In this document: in pieces, positions 50,668 to 61,100 of the stretch
How positions within the stretch are numbered: the stretch's first letter is position 1
Layout of the letters: each line of letters starts with the position of its first letter
NCBI GenBank assembly: GCA_027488905.1
Contig: JAIYAT010000031.1
Span: forward strand, 36,748-100,747
From: Bacteroidota bacterium
GTDB lineage: Bacteria > Bacteroidota > Bacteroidia > UKL13-3
Direction: 5' to 3'
Length of the DNA stretch: 64,000 nucleotides
The notes under the pieces: generated by a model
Databases searched by the model: none
The model's input: only the letters and a program-made list of their open reading frames with translations
What the model was told of the DNA's origin: nothing
Made by a program: the position numbers and the translations under genes

Positions 50668-51390
50668 ATGATTTTAAGGAGTCATAACCTTGTAAAGCGT
50701 TATAAAAAGCGCACAGTTGTAAATAACGTGTCCATTGAGGTGCATCAGGGAGAATGCGTTGGATTGTTGGGCCCAAATGGTGCCGGAAAAACCACCACCT
50801 TTTACATGACAGTTGGCCTAATAAAGCCAGATGAGGGTGATGTTTACCTCAATGATGAGAAAATCACTAAGCTTCCAATGTATAGAAGGGCACAATTGGG
50901 ACTGGGTTATTTAGCACAAGAAGCATCCATTTTTAGAACCTTAACGGTTGAGGATAACCTAAAAGCTGTGCTAGAAATGACCAAGTTGAATAAGGTAGAA
51001 CAAGCAGAAAAATTAGAATCTTTGTTAGAAGAATTCGGTTTGAACCGAGTTAGAAAAAGCATAGGCAATGTGCTAAGTGGCGGAGAGAGAAGAAGAACTG
51101 AAATTGCACGAGCACTGGCGGTTAATCCAAAATTTATTTTGTTGGATGAACCATTTGCTGGTATTGACCCCATTGCAGTAGAAGACATTCAACATATTGT
51201 AGCTAAACTAAAGCACAAAAATATTGGCATCTTAATTACCGACCATAATGTTCACGAAACTTTAAGCATTGTAGACCGAGCCTATTTACTTTTTGAAGGT
51301 CAGATTCTAAAAAGTGGAACGGCCCAAGAACTTGCAGATGATGAAATGGTTAGAAAAGTTTACTTAGGCCAAAATTTTGTTTTAAGGTAA
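50668..51390 (+). CDS. lptB: LPS export ABC transporter ATP-binding protein
   Basis: [39 protein letters not shown] motifs. Confidence 0.96.
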   Translation: MILRSHNLVKRYKKRTVVNNVSIEVHQGECVGLLGPNGAGKTTTFYMTVGLIKPDEGDVYLNDEKITKLPMYRRAQLGLGYLAQEASIFRTLTVEDNLKAVLEMTKLNKVEQAEKLESLLEEFGLNRVRKSIGNVLSGGERRRTEIARALAVNPKFILLDEPFAGIDPIAVEDIQHIVAKLKHKNIGILITDHNVHETLSIVDRAYLLFEGQILKSGTAQELADDEMVRKVYLGQNFVLR

Positions 51391-51424
51391 AATGCCTTTA
51401 CTTTTCCAAATCAGATTTATAAAA

Positions 51425-51634
51425 ATGAAAAATTTACTTCGTACTGGATTATTAATTGGACTAACTTCAATGCTCGCTTGTAATGATGAGCCAAAACTAG
51501 ATAAACAAGAAGAGCAAGCAATTGACCAACAAATCAATTTAGACCAAAAGTCAATGGATTCTCTTGAGGCAGCTATAATGGCTCAAATGGAGGCCTTGGA
51601 CAGCGATTCTTTAATGAAGGATTCAATCGAATAA
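51425..51634 (+). CDS. small lipoprotein
   Basis: MKN..LAC lipobox followed by an acidic helical body. Confidence 0.65.
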   Translation: MKNLLRTGLLIGLTSMLACNDEPKLDKQEEQAIDQQINLDQKSMDSLEAAIMAQMEALDSDSLMKDSIE

Positions 51635-51661
51635 TATTTGCATTTTTAGGTTTAGCTTGTA

Positions 51662-51669
51662 TATATTTG
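51662..51669 (+). promoter_or_regulatory. -7 promoter element for the cytochrome c gene
   Basis: TATATTTG 22 nt upstream of the ATG. Confidence 0.55.
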
Positions 51670-51691
51670 AAATACAACAACTACCAAACCT

Positions 51692-52642
51692 ATGAAACGC
51701 ATTCTTAAAACGCTAGGCATTTTAATACTTGCCATAGTCTTTATTGTTTTCCTTGCAGCCTCCTTTATCCATTTCAAAGGAATTCCTGTTTATGATAAGG
51801 CTGAAATAAAATTAAAAGTTGAGCTAACACCAGAAAGAATTGCAAAAGGTCAAAAAATGGCTTCTGTGATGTGTGTTGAATGTCATCTAGGTTCAGACGG
51901 AAAACTTAGTGGTAAGCATATTCCAGATTTACCTAAATCTTACGGAAACATCAATTCCAGAAATATCACCCAAGACCAAACAGCAGGGATAGGTGCTTGG
52001 ACAGATGGCGAATTGTATTATTTGTTAAGAACTGGAATTGGTAAAGATGGAAGATATATTCCGCCTTATATGGTTAAGTTTGCCAACGCTTCAGAAGAAG
52101 ACCTATTAAGCATAATTGCCTATCTACGTTCTGATAAACCTGTGGTTCAGGCCTCTTCTTTAGAGCCACCAGCAAGCGAACCTTCCTTTATGACAAAGTT
52201 TTTGTCGCATGTAGCCTTTAAACCTGTACCCCTTAATCCAAATCCTATTCCTGAGCCAGATACCACCAACCAAGTAGCTTGGGGTAAATATTTAACCACT
52301 GCGGTTTACCAATGTTATGAATGTCATTCTGCAGATTTCAAAACAAACAATCAACTAAATCCAGAACTTAGTGTGGGATTTTTTGGAGGAGGAAATAAAT
52401 TGCTAAACTTAAATGGTGAAACCATTATTTCTCCAAACATTACCTTTGATGCTACTGGAATTGCAGCCTACACCGAGGATAATTTTGTTAATACAATGAA
52501 AAGTGGGAAGAAAATTAATGGTACCCAGTTTCAATATCCAATGTTACCGCATGCTGCCCTATCTGATGGAGAGTTAAAAGCCATGTTTTCCTATTTAAAG
52601 AGTATTCCAAAAATTTCATCTCAAACGGCATTGGCAAACTAG
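51692..52642 (+). CDS. membrane-anchored di-heme cytochrome c
   Basis: N-terminal TM; CVECH and CYECH; duplicated NIT.D..GI..[WY]T motifs. Confidence 0.9.
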   Translation: MKRILKTLGILILAIVFIVFLAASFIHFKGIPVYDKAEIKLKVELTPERIAKGQKMASVMCVECHLGSDGKLSGKHIPDLPKSYGNINSRNITQDQTAGIGAWTDGELYYLLRTGIGKDGRYIPPYMVKFANASEEDLLSIIAYLRSDKPVVQASSLEPPASEPSFMTKFLSHVAFKPVPLNPNPIPEPDTTNQVAWGKYLTTAVYQCYECHSADFKTNNQLNPELSVGFFGGGNKLLNLNGETIISPNITFDATGIAAYTEDNFVNTMKSGKKINGTQFQYPMLPHAALSDGELKAMFSYLKSIPKISSQTALAN

Positions 52643-52736
52643 TCCAAATTTCTTTTTAGTTAAGTATCATGGGTTATTCAACCTTTTGGGAAAGTATTTA
52701 ACAGAAAAGATTAATTTTGAACACCATTAAAGTATT

Positions 52737-53078
52737 ATGAAGGAAATAATTGAGAAACTAAAAAAGGCAAGTGCTGAAGAAAATACCAACTTTGAGCATA
52801 TTGTTGAGTTATTAAAGGAGTTAAGAGAGTATTTTAAAGCCAATCTTAACGAACCGGGTATCGTTAAAATCATTCGCATGGCTTATGAAAACATTGAAGA
52901 AAATGATACTTATACTTTCTTGTATTTAGAAGATGGCGATGCAAAAGAAAACATCAGTTATTTAGTTGATTTACTTGCAGATCATACCAATAAATACAAT
53001 AAGGAAGAGCTTCAAGACATTCGTAACTTAATGGAAGGAATCGAAGAAGAAGACGAAGAAATTGAGGAAGAAGAATAA
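52737..53078 (+). CDS. hypothetical acidic protein
   Basis: 113-aa ORF whose stop overlaps the purE start (TAATG). Confidence 0.7.
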   Translation: MKEIIEKLKKASAEENTNFEHIVELLKELREYFKANLNEPGIVKIIRMAYENIEENDTYTFLYLEDGDAKENISYLVDLLADHTNKYNKEELQDIRNLMEGIEEEDEEIEEEE

Positions 53079-53593
53079 TGAATAATCCAATTGTTGGAAT
53101 CATAATGGGTTCAGACAGCGATTTGGAGGTAATGAATGCTGCTGCAAAAACCTTAGAAGAGTTTTCTGTTCCCTTTGAAATGACAGTTGTTTCTGCGCAT
53201 CGCACACCAGCGCGTATGTTTACCTACGCAAAGGAAGCCAGAGAAAGAGGTATTAAAGTTATCATTGCGGGTGCTGGCGGCGCTGCACATTTGCCGGGTA
53301 TGGTAGCTGCTATTACGGTTTTACCTGTAATTGGTGTTCCAGTTCAATTGAAAACTTTGTCGGGTTTAGATTCATTACTTTCTATTGTACAAATGCCAGG
53401 TGGAGTTCCAGTTGCAACTGTAGCCATAAATAATGCTAAAAATGCTGGCTTACTTGCCATTCAAATTTTAGGAACTTCGGATGAAAAATTGGCTACAGCC
53501 ATGCAAGCCTATAAGGATAAAATGCAAACGGAAGTGCTAGAAAAGGCAGAAAAAGTAGAGTTGGGGTTAAGAAAAATAGGTTTCAATAGCTGA
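53078..53593 (+). CDS. purE: N5-CAIR mutase
   Basis: [30 protein letters not shown] motifs. Confidence 0.98.
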   Translation: MNNPIVGIIMGSDSDLEVMNAAAKTLEEFSVPFEMTVVSAHRTPARMFTYAKEARERGIKVIIAGAGGAAHLPGMVAAITVLPVIGVPVQLKTLSGLDSLLSIVQMPGGVPVATVAINNAKNAGLLAIQILGTSDEKLATAMQAYKDKMQTEVLEKAEKVELGLRKIGFNS

Positions 53594-53668
53594 TAATCAG
53601 TTTACTGCTATTGCTCATTTTTTTATTAATTTAAATACCCATATTTTGTTGAACCTATTTTTAATGCA

Positions 53669-54298
53669 TTGGAAAGTTTTTGGGATTTATTTCAGCCTGA
53701 AGAGCTCATAAGGTTTGGTGGTTTAGCTTTATTGCTAATCATCATTTTTTTGGAAAATGGAATCTTCTTTGGATTCTTTCTTCCAGGAGATTCTTTACTC
53801 TTTACCGCTGGTTTACTTGCCTACCCAAGTGTGGGTGTATTGGAGGTTAGCTTACAAAATCTGATTACTTATATTGGTTTGTCTGCTATGGCAGGGTATT
53901 ATGCAGGATATGTTTTTGGGTATAAAACGGGTGAGGCGCTTTACAAAAGAAAGGACTCGTTGTTTTTTAAAAAGAAATACATAACCATTGCCGAAGATTT
54001 TTATAAAAAATATGGCGGTATTGCCTTGGTGGTTGGTAGGTTTTTACCAATTGTAAGAACTTTTGCGCCGATATTAGCGGGTATGGTGAAAGTAAAGCAT
54101 CATATTTTTCTTTTTTACAATTTAATTGGTGCACTGCTTTGGCCCTTAACCATTGTAAGCGCTGGCTATTATGTGGGTGCTGTATTCCCAAATGCACTCG
54201 ATTACCTTAACTATATCATTATAGGTTTTATTGCTGTAACTACTATTCCAGTTGCAAATACCTATTGGAAGGAAAGAAAAACAAAGCAAGCAAATTAA
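53669..54298 (+). CDS. DedA family membrane protein
   Basis: FFLPGDSLLF..G and GRFLPIVRTF motifs. Confidence 0.95.
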   Translation: MESFWDLFQPEELIRFGGLALLLIIIFLENGIFFGFFLPGDSLLFTAGLLAYPSVGVLEVSLQNLITYIGLSAMAGYYAGYVFGYKTGEALYKRKDSLFFKKKYITIAEDFYKKYGGIALVVGRFLPIVRTFAPILAGMVKVKHHIFLFYNLIGALLWPLTIVSAGYYVGAVFPNALDYLNYIIIGFIAVTTIPVANTYWKERKTKQAN

Positions 54299-54356
54299 AC
54301 CTAAGCTGCCCATCGGCGACCTTTTAAGCTCCCTTGCAAGGCTGCTAGAGATAGTT

Positions 54357-54813
54357 GAACTAGGTCAACTCAGAACAGAACTAGGTTTAGCTCAGAACAG
54401 AACTAGGTCATCTCAAAACAGAACTAGGTTTATCTTGGAATAGAACTAGGTTTAGCTCAGAACAGAACTAGGTCATCTCAAAACAGAACTAGGTTTATCT
54501 TGGAACAGAACTAGGTTTAGTTCAGAACAGAACTAGGTTTATCTTGGAACAGAACTAGGTTTACCCCAAAACGGAACTAGGTTTATCTTGGAATAGAACT
54601 AGGTTTACCTTGGAACAGAACTAGGTTCACCTCAAAACAGAACTAGGTTTACCTTGGAATAGAACTAGGTCATCTCGGAACAGAACTAGGTTTACCTCAA
54701 AACAGAACTAGGTCATCTCGGAACAGAACTAGGTTTACCTCAAAACAGAACTAGGTTTAGCTCGAAACAAAACTAGGTTTACCTTGAAGAAGAACTAGAT
54801 TTAGCTCGGATCA
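54357..54813. repeat. tandem array of 21 units of 21-22 bp with conserved core GAACTAGGT
   Basis: Units start at 54357, 54378, 54400, 54421, 54443, 54465, 54486, 54508, 54530, 54552, 54574, 54596, 54618, 54640, 54662, 54683, 54705, 54726, 54748, 54770, 54792. Confidence 0.97.
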
Positions 54814-54851
54814 GGAAGCGTCTCATTAAGTGTGTACACAGATTAACACAG

Positions 54852-54965
54852 AAAAAGACCACGGTCGTTTGTCGATAGGCCTTTGCAGATGCCAAAAAAT
54901 TAGATGATTCTGTTTAAAATCAAAATAAAACTATCGTCTTTGGTCTATGGACCATGGTCTTTTTT
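54852..54965. repeat. long-range inverted repeat downstream of the array
   Basis: AAAAAGACCACGGTC (54852) pairs 14/15 with GACCATGGTCTTTTT (54950); inner CGATAG/CTATCG also pair. Confidence 0.7.
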
Positions 54966-55034
54966 CAGAAACCCCCACTCATTGTTTTTCAGTATTTTTT
55001 TATTAACCTTTGGTATACCCAATTTTTATAGCTT

Positions 55035-55673
55035 ATGAATCCTAAACTCTTTTTTAACCCTTTTCAGAGAAGTCTAAAATTCCTTTTGCTTTTGTCTTTA
55101 TTTTTTGGAATAAGCAATTGTAAAAGAGATGACGGCTGTAATAAAGAATATGAAACCTACTTCGATTCCTCCTTTTTCGATAGTAGTGAATTAGCATTAA
55201 TTCCAGATTGGGCGGGCGATTCTCTTTTCTATTATTCAAATGAAGGGGATACAGCTTATTTACATTGTTATTCGAGATATTATGGGTTTAGGCCAGATGT
55301 TGCAGGATCAAAAAATGTAACCTGCGAATACTACGAATATTATCATTATCCATTTTATTCATTTCATTTCGAGTCAAATGTGCCTGAATTGGATGTAATG
55401 CAAATTGAAATTTATAAAGAATCCTTGATGAATCGGAGTAAAGAATTAGCAAAATCCTACTTAGTTGCTAAAAATATGGTAGATTTTCCCTTGGAATTAC
55501 TTGGTAGTGATAGTCTTGCAAATGATTCAATAATACTTGAGGATGGCAGCTTGGAAAAAGGATTTTTATCAGCTACTTCAAGTTATAGTTTAAACTTAAG
55601 AATAGGATTTTTAAGAATCAAAAGGCTAAACGGTAAAAAATGGACATTGTACAGATACACTTTAGCTAATTAA
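55035..55673 (+). CDS. hypothetical lipoprotein
   Basis: Hydrophobic signal ending ISNC followed by KRDD; 212 aa, Tyr-rich. Confidence 0.7.
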   Translation: MNPKLFFNPFQRSLKFLLLLSLFFGISNCKRDDGCNKEYETYFDSSFFDSSELALIPDWAGDSLFYYSNEGDTAYLHCYSRYYGFRPDVAGSKNVTCEYYEYYHYPFYSFHFESNVPELDVMQIEIYKESLMNRSKELAKSYLVAKNMVDFPLELLGSDSLANDSIILEDGSLEKGFLSATSSYSLNLRIGFLRIKRLNGKKWTLYRYTLAN

Positions 55674-55912
55674 ACTTACAAACTATGGAACATTTCACCA
55701 AATTTTCATTGGACAAATGAAATGATTGCAATTAAATTGGATTTCTCCTCGGCTGCCTCACTGCGACAATTGGTTCAACCCAAGTTAAATTTATTATACT
55801 GATATGAATTTTTTTCCCTTTTGTTTTCAATTTCGATACTTTTGACAGCAACATCAATTGTAACATAGTTGTTTTATTGGGACAATAACATCCCGCAGGA
55901 TTGATTAAAAAA

Positions 55913-56590
55913 ATGAGCCAGGGAAAACTTATTCTTGTTCCAACCCCCATCGGTAATCTCGAAGACATTACCCTTAGAGGCTTGCGCATGCTCAAAGAAG
56001 CAGATGCCATCTTAGCCGAGGACACCCGAGTAAGCGGAAAGCTGCTAAAACACTACGAAATCAATAGACCTTTGTGGAGCTACCATGCCCATAACGAGCA
56101 CAAACAATTGGCACATTATATTGCCGAACTGCAATCGGGTAAGACCCTAGCCTTAATCACAGATGCTGGAACTCCCGCCATTAGCGACCCCGGGTTTTTA
56201 CTAGTTAGGGAATGTCTCAAAGAAAATATTATGGTTGATTGTTTGCCAGGTGCCACAGCTTTTGTGCCTGCACTTGTCAAAAGCGGATTACCATCTGATG
56301 CCTTTACTTTCCTTGGCTTCTTGCCAGAAAAAAAAGGAAGACAAACTGCTTTTACTAAGCTTCAATCAGAAGAAAACACAATGGTGTTTTACGAAAGCCC
56401 TCATAGACTGCTTAAAACACTACTGCAATTGTGCGAATTTCTTGGAGAAGATAGAAGATGCAGCGTAAGCAGAGAACTTACTAAAATGTTCGAAGAAACC
56501 ATTAATGGCACTCTTAGAGAAGTATTAACACATTTTGAAACCCACCCAATTAAAGGAGAATTTGTACTTGTTGTCGAAGGTAAAACATAA
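55913..56590 (+). CDS. rsmI: 16S rRNA C1402 2'-O-methyltransferase
   Basis: PTPIGNLEDIT, AEDTR, DAGTPAISDPG, YESPHR, RELTK motifs. Confidence 0.97.
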   Translation: MSQGKLILVPTPIGNLEDITLRGLRMLKEADAILAEDTRVSGKLLKHYEINRPLWSYHAHNEHKQLAHYIAELQSGKTLALITDAGTPAISDPGFLLVRECLKENIMVDCLPGATAFVPALVKSGLPSDAFTFLGFLPEKKGRQTAFTKLQSEENTMVFYESPHRLLKTLLQLCEFLGEDRRCSVSRELTKMFEETINGTLREVLTHFETHPIKGEFVLVVEGKT

Positions 56591-58181
56591 ACATACTTCA
56601 TACTTTTTGTTGAGTATGTCATCGGCTTTGCTATTAAGCTTAGCTTGGCAAAATTTTTATTTATTGCCTACTATTTTTTTCGGTTTGATCCCACTCTTCA
56701 TGCTGGAAAGAAAAATACGTATAGAACAACCCAATGCTAAACTTTGGGTTTTTGTGTATACTTGGCTAGCACTTCTAGTCTGGAACATTGGCAGCGTTTG
56801 GTGGATTTGGAATGCTAGTCCGGGTGGTGCAGTGGCAGCATTTTTCATCAACAGCTTACCCATGGTTTTGCCCTTTTTGCTATACCACAACCGAAATGTT
56901 AAAACGGGTACAGAAAATTTTTGGTACTTCATTGGCCTTTGGATTGCTGCCGAGTTCCTTCAGTTTCATTGGGATTTAGCCTTCCCTTGGTTAATTTTAG
57001 GTAACGTTTTTAGCTATGCACCCATTTTAGTGCAATGGTTCGAAATTACTGGCGTACTAGGTGGTAGCTTCTGGATTTTGATGCTCAATGTTAAGTTATG
57101 GCAATTTATTGAAGCCTGGCAAGAAAAGAGACTAATAGAGGAAAGAACCAAATGGATGAATGCTTTATTTATTTGGGTGTTATTGCCAATTTTTGCTTCA
57201 TGGTACTTAATGCCAACAGTAAACCCTAAAGGTCCAGAAGTTTCAGTGGTAGTGGTGCAACCAAACATCGATCCTTACACAGAGAAATTTGATGGACTTA
57301 GTCCAGAGGCGCAACTTAGAAAAATGTTGCTACTTGCAGAAAACACCATGGATTCGCAAACACAATACATCATTCTGCCAGAGACAGCTTTGCAAGGTGG
57401 TTTAGAAGAAAATAATTTGCTAAACGAAAGCTTGTTCCAAATTCTAAAAGGTTTTATAGCAGTTCACCCAGGTGTTAAAGTTTTAGGTGGAATGGATTCC
57501 TATAAAATTTATGAACCAAATGAACCTAAATCCATCACTGCGCGCAAATCAAGAAATAGCGAGGTTTGGTATGATTCCTACAATACAGCATTTTGTTATA
57601 ATGGCCTAGAAGGATTGCAAGTGTACCACAAAAGCAAGCTTGTCCCTGGTGTAGAAAAAATGCCTTACCCTCAAATTTTTGGCTTCATCGAAAGATATGC
57701 AATTTCACTCGGAGGCACTTCTGGTAGCTTGGGGCAAGACAAGGAAAGTAAAGTTTTTGGATTCTCAAATCAATTGCAATTAGCTCCCATTATTTGCTAC
57801 GAAAGTGTTTTTCCTTCCTACACTTCTTCCTATGTTCAAAAAGGTGCAGATGTTTTGTGCGTTATCACCAATGATGGTTGGTGGGGCAATACACCTGGTT
57901 TTAGACAGCATTTCGATTTTAGTAGGTTACGCGCCATTGAAAACCGTCGTTGGGTAATTCGTTGCGCCAACACAGGTATCAGTGGTATTATAAACTTCAA
58001 AGGAAGAGTAGTTACAGAAACCGAATGGTGGAAAGAAGCAGCGTTCAAAGCAAAGGTTCCTTTGGTTCAAACCGAAACCTATTATGCTAAACATGGAGAT
58101 TGGATTGCTTGGGTTTTAATGGTCATTGGGTTTCTTTCTACTCGGTTCAAACCAATTGTTTTTACCCGCTTTGGTGCTTAG
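56535..58181 (+). CDS. lnt: apolipoprotein N-acyltransferase (start uncertain)
   Basis: TM domain, FPW..LG, VQPN, PET, YHK..LVP..E, ICYES, TNDGWW, RAIENRR motifs. Confidence 0.92.
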   Translation: MKPTQLKENLYLLSKVKHKHTSYFLLSMSSALLLSLAWQNFYLLPTIFFGLIPLFMLERKIRIEQPNAKLWVFVYTWLALLVWNIGSVWWIWNASPGGAVAAFFINSLPMVLPFLLYHNRNVKTGTENFWYFIGLWIAAEFLQFHWDLAFPWLILGNVFSYAPILVQWFEITGVLGGSFWILMLNVKLWQFIEAWQEKRLIEERTKWMNALFIWVLLPIFASWYLMPTVNPKGPEVSVVVVQPNIDPYTEKFDGLSPEAQLRKMLLLAENTMDSQTQYIILPETALQGGLEENNLLNESLFQILKGFIAVHPGVKVLGGMDSYKIYEPNEPKSITARKSRNSEVWYDSYNTAFCYNGLEGLQVYHKSKLVPGVEKMPYPQIFGFIERYAISLGGTSGSLGQDKESKVFGFSNQLQLAPIICYESVFPSYTSSYVQKGADVLCVITNDGWWGNTPGFRQHFDFSRLRAIENRRWVIRCANTGISGIINFKGRVVTETEWWKEAAFKAKVPLVQTETYYAKHGDWIAWVLMVIGFLSTRFKPIVFTRFGA

Positions 58182-61100
58182 TGTTTCGAAGCTGCAATGG
58201 CAAAACTACACCTGTAAATATCCCTATGACCATCTTTGTCCTGCATTTCTAAAACTGCAAAATATATTCCCGCTTCACTTAATTGCCCAAACCTATTGAG
58301 GCCAGTCCAGCGTAAACTAGCATGATTTTGCCCTATCAAATTTGGCTCCGATTCATATACCAATTGCCCTTTATAGTTAAGGATATTTAACCTGGCCCAA
58401 GCGGTTTCTTTTATGTTTTTTAAATTGAACGTTACAAAATCATTATAGCCATCTAGGTTCGGACTAAAAACTTGCGGTGTGGCTGTAAAGGCCTCTTTTA
58501 ACAAGGGATTTGCCTTTTCAAAATACAAACCTGGCGTGGCCATTTGTGCCGAGCTAAACCAATTGGAATTGCCTTTATCCAATGGAAACAAGTGCAATCG
58601 CTCTAAGCTTATTCCTTCAGTTTGAACCAAAAGTTCAAAATGTAAATCCTTAGAAAAATTTAGGCTATCTATACAAAAATTGTTACTGTCTCTAAGTTCA
58701 ATAATTCCACCTTCATCTGTTAACGACAACATAGAATGTTGTAGAATAGCAGGCAGAAAATTAGCACTGTAGTTTTTCGAAAGTTCTATTGGATTTTCGT
58801 GAAGCGCTATAGTTTTACCAGGCGCCAAGCAATTTCCTGGACCATTTAGCGATATAACTTCTTTCCATTCTGCCTCATCTTTTGATTTTCTAATTAGGAT
58901 AAGGTTGTCTAAACTAATGGGTTTAACATTGGTATTGTGCAGTTCTACAAAATCAGTTTGATTGGGGTAACTGTCAAACAAAACTTCAGTAAATACAATA
59001 TCGCCAGGTTGCGCCAAAACACTGGGCTCAATGCTAATTTGTTCGGGTGCCATTTTGTTTCCGGCACAATCTTGTGCGGCCCAAATTTGTAAATCTTGCG
59101 GCAAATTCAAATTGCGTGCATCTACTGATAGCCTTTGTAAATTATTTTGAAAATAGCTTGGTGAAACAAGGTTTGAACTGTTCTTCCACCTTATGTCGAT
59201 TTGAGCCGAATCTATGTCTTCGCTAAAAGTAAGTAACACCAAACTATCCTTTAGACAACTCATTTTGAGGTGAGGCGCAGTTAAATCTTCAACTTTTTTG
59301 AGCACACTATTTTTCCTCCCTGGTGTACTCCCCAATTTGGAGAGGCTTGCTTGCCAAATTTCTTCCTTTAAACATGGATTGTTAGTTGGGCTTAGTTCCA
59401 AACTTGCAGCCAGCGGATTTAGATAAAGCTGATTATTTAACCAATCACTTTTATATGCCACCTGATGAATAATCTTTCCCTTGCTATTTTTTAAGGTTAG
59501 CGTTTCATTAAAGGTTAAGCTTGGGAAATTGTTTAAACCCATAGCATTTCCATATTGACTAAATGCCTTGGCAAAATCTGTTTTGCAAAGAATGATAAAA
59601 GAGTCTGGATAAAGCAGAATGGGTGCCAAGGGTATATCTAACCTATTTGTAGAAATTGACAAGTTTTCCAGATTAATCGCATAGTTGCTTTTATTGTGAA
59701 GCTCAATAAAATCTGTCGGAGGAAAGTAAGTAGGTTTAGATTCGTCGAAACATATTTCATTGATAAGTACCTCTAAAAACTTTGGCTCACGCTGCTCATA
59801 AAACACAAGGTTGGTATCAACAATTGATTCATTTAAACTACAATCTTTTATGCCGCTACAAATTAACTTGTAAGATTTTTTATGCTGCAAACTATCCTTT
59901 GAAGTTAATAATAAATAACTTGTTCCTTGCGTATCAACAAGGCATTCGATGTTATTGAGCGTGCAGGTGATGGGCTCCATTTCATTTGAATATATGGCTT
60001 CATTGAATTTCAAATACAATTGGTTCAAACCAGAAAAGGAAACAGAAAGTAAGGTGGGAGAAATTATATCTGGCCCAAGCTGCCAAGCAGAATTCTGTGT
60101 TCCTGGGGTTCCACCTGAGGGGTTTAAACTGGCTTGCCAATTAAGCTCCTTTTGACATAATCTGCTGGGGTGAATCATTTCTAAGGAATAGCCACCTTGC
60201 GATTTTTGTGGGTCTTGGTAGCTGTTCAAATTATAGGTATAACTATGAATCGTGTCAAGCTTTTGGTTCAATAAAAAAAGTGCTTTGCCTTCATTTCCTA
60301 AAACTGGTAAACTCATGGCAATTTTTTGAGCATATGCGCTAAACAAAGCACTGTCTTTTGTATTAAATAATATGAGAAACTCCTGAGGAAACAACACCTT
60401 CTGAGTTAAAGGAAAGGGGTATGTTTTGGATTCATCTGCTAAGCTTAAGTTCTTTAATGGAATGGGCACATCGCTATTATTGTAAATTTCTATAAACTCT
60501 GCGTCAGGCAAACCTACACTAGGAGTGGGGTCTGGAAGTAATTCTGTAATCAATACTTCATGAAGTTTTGGTTCAACATAAATCAAGCTGATGGACGTAT
60601 CTTTTTGGCAGTTTTGTTTTTTATCGCAAATGTTTTTTAGGGTTAAAGTATTGGGTTGTTTTGAACCAAGTTTTTCTTGAAAGTATAAAGTTATTTTTTC
60701 GGTTTGAACCAAAAAGTTTGAGATAGGCTTTTGATTAAGTAAGAATGCTGCTTTACTCATTTCAAGGGGTTCAGTAAAGTATAATTCTAAGCTACTATCA
60801 GAAAGCAAATTGCTAGAAACCAGCGCAGGTGCAGAAGTATCCACACGTTCTGGTCCAAAATAGAAATCATCAAAATATAAGTTTGCTGCGTTACCAATCG
60901 TATACCTAAACCAAATGCCTTGAAAGGCAGAATTAAATGGAAGCTCGAAAGTGGCCTTCCCTTCTAGCATTTCTGATTGCTTGTTAATGCTGGTATTACT
61001 AAACAATTGCCAATGTTTTTGCTGGTAAAGTTTAACTTTAATTTGAACCAAGTTGTTTGTCGCACCAAGTGTTGCTGGTCGGCCACGAATGATTGGCATG

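Noticed and set aside
54252-54443. 63-aa ORF running into the array
   Set aside because: It overlaps the dedA end, has a weak start and stops at an array TAG; it is translated repeat sequence
54357-54813. CRISPR array
   Set aside because: The constant part is only 9-10 bp, the variable parts are 12-13 nt and related to each other rather than unique spacers, and no cas gene is in the window
54357-54813. LexA boxes in the array (GAAC...GTT)
   Set aside because: The spacing is GAAC-N3-GTTY, which fits neither GAAC-N4-GTTC nor GAAC-N7-GAAC
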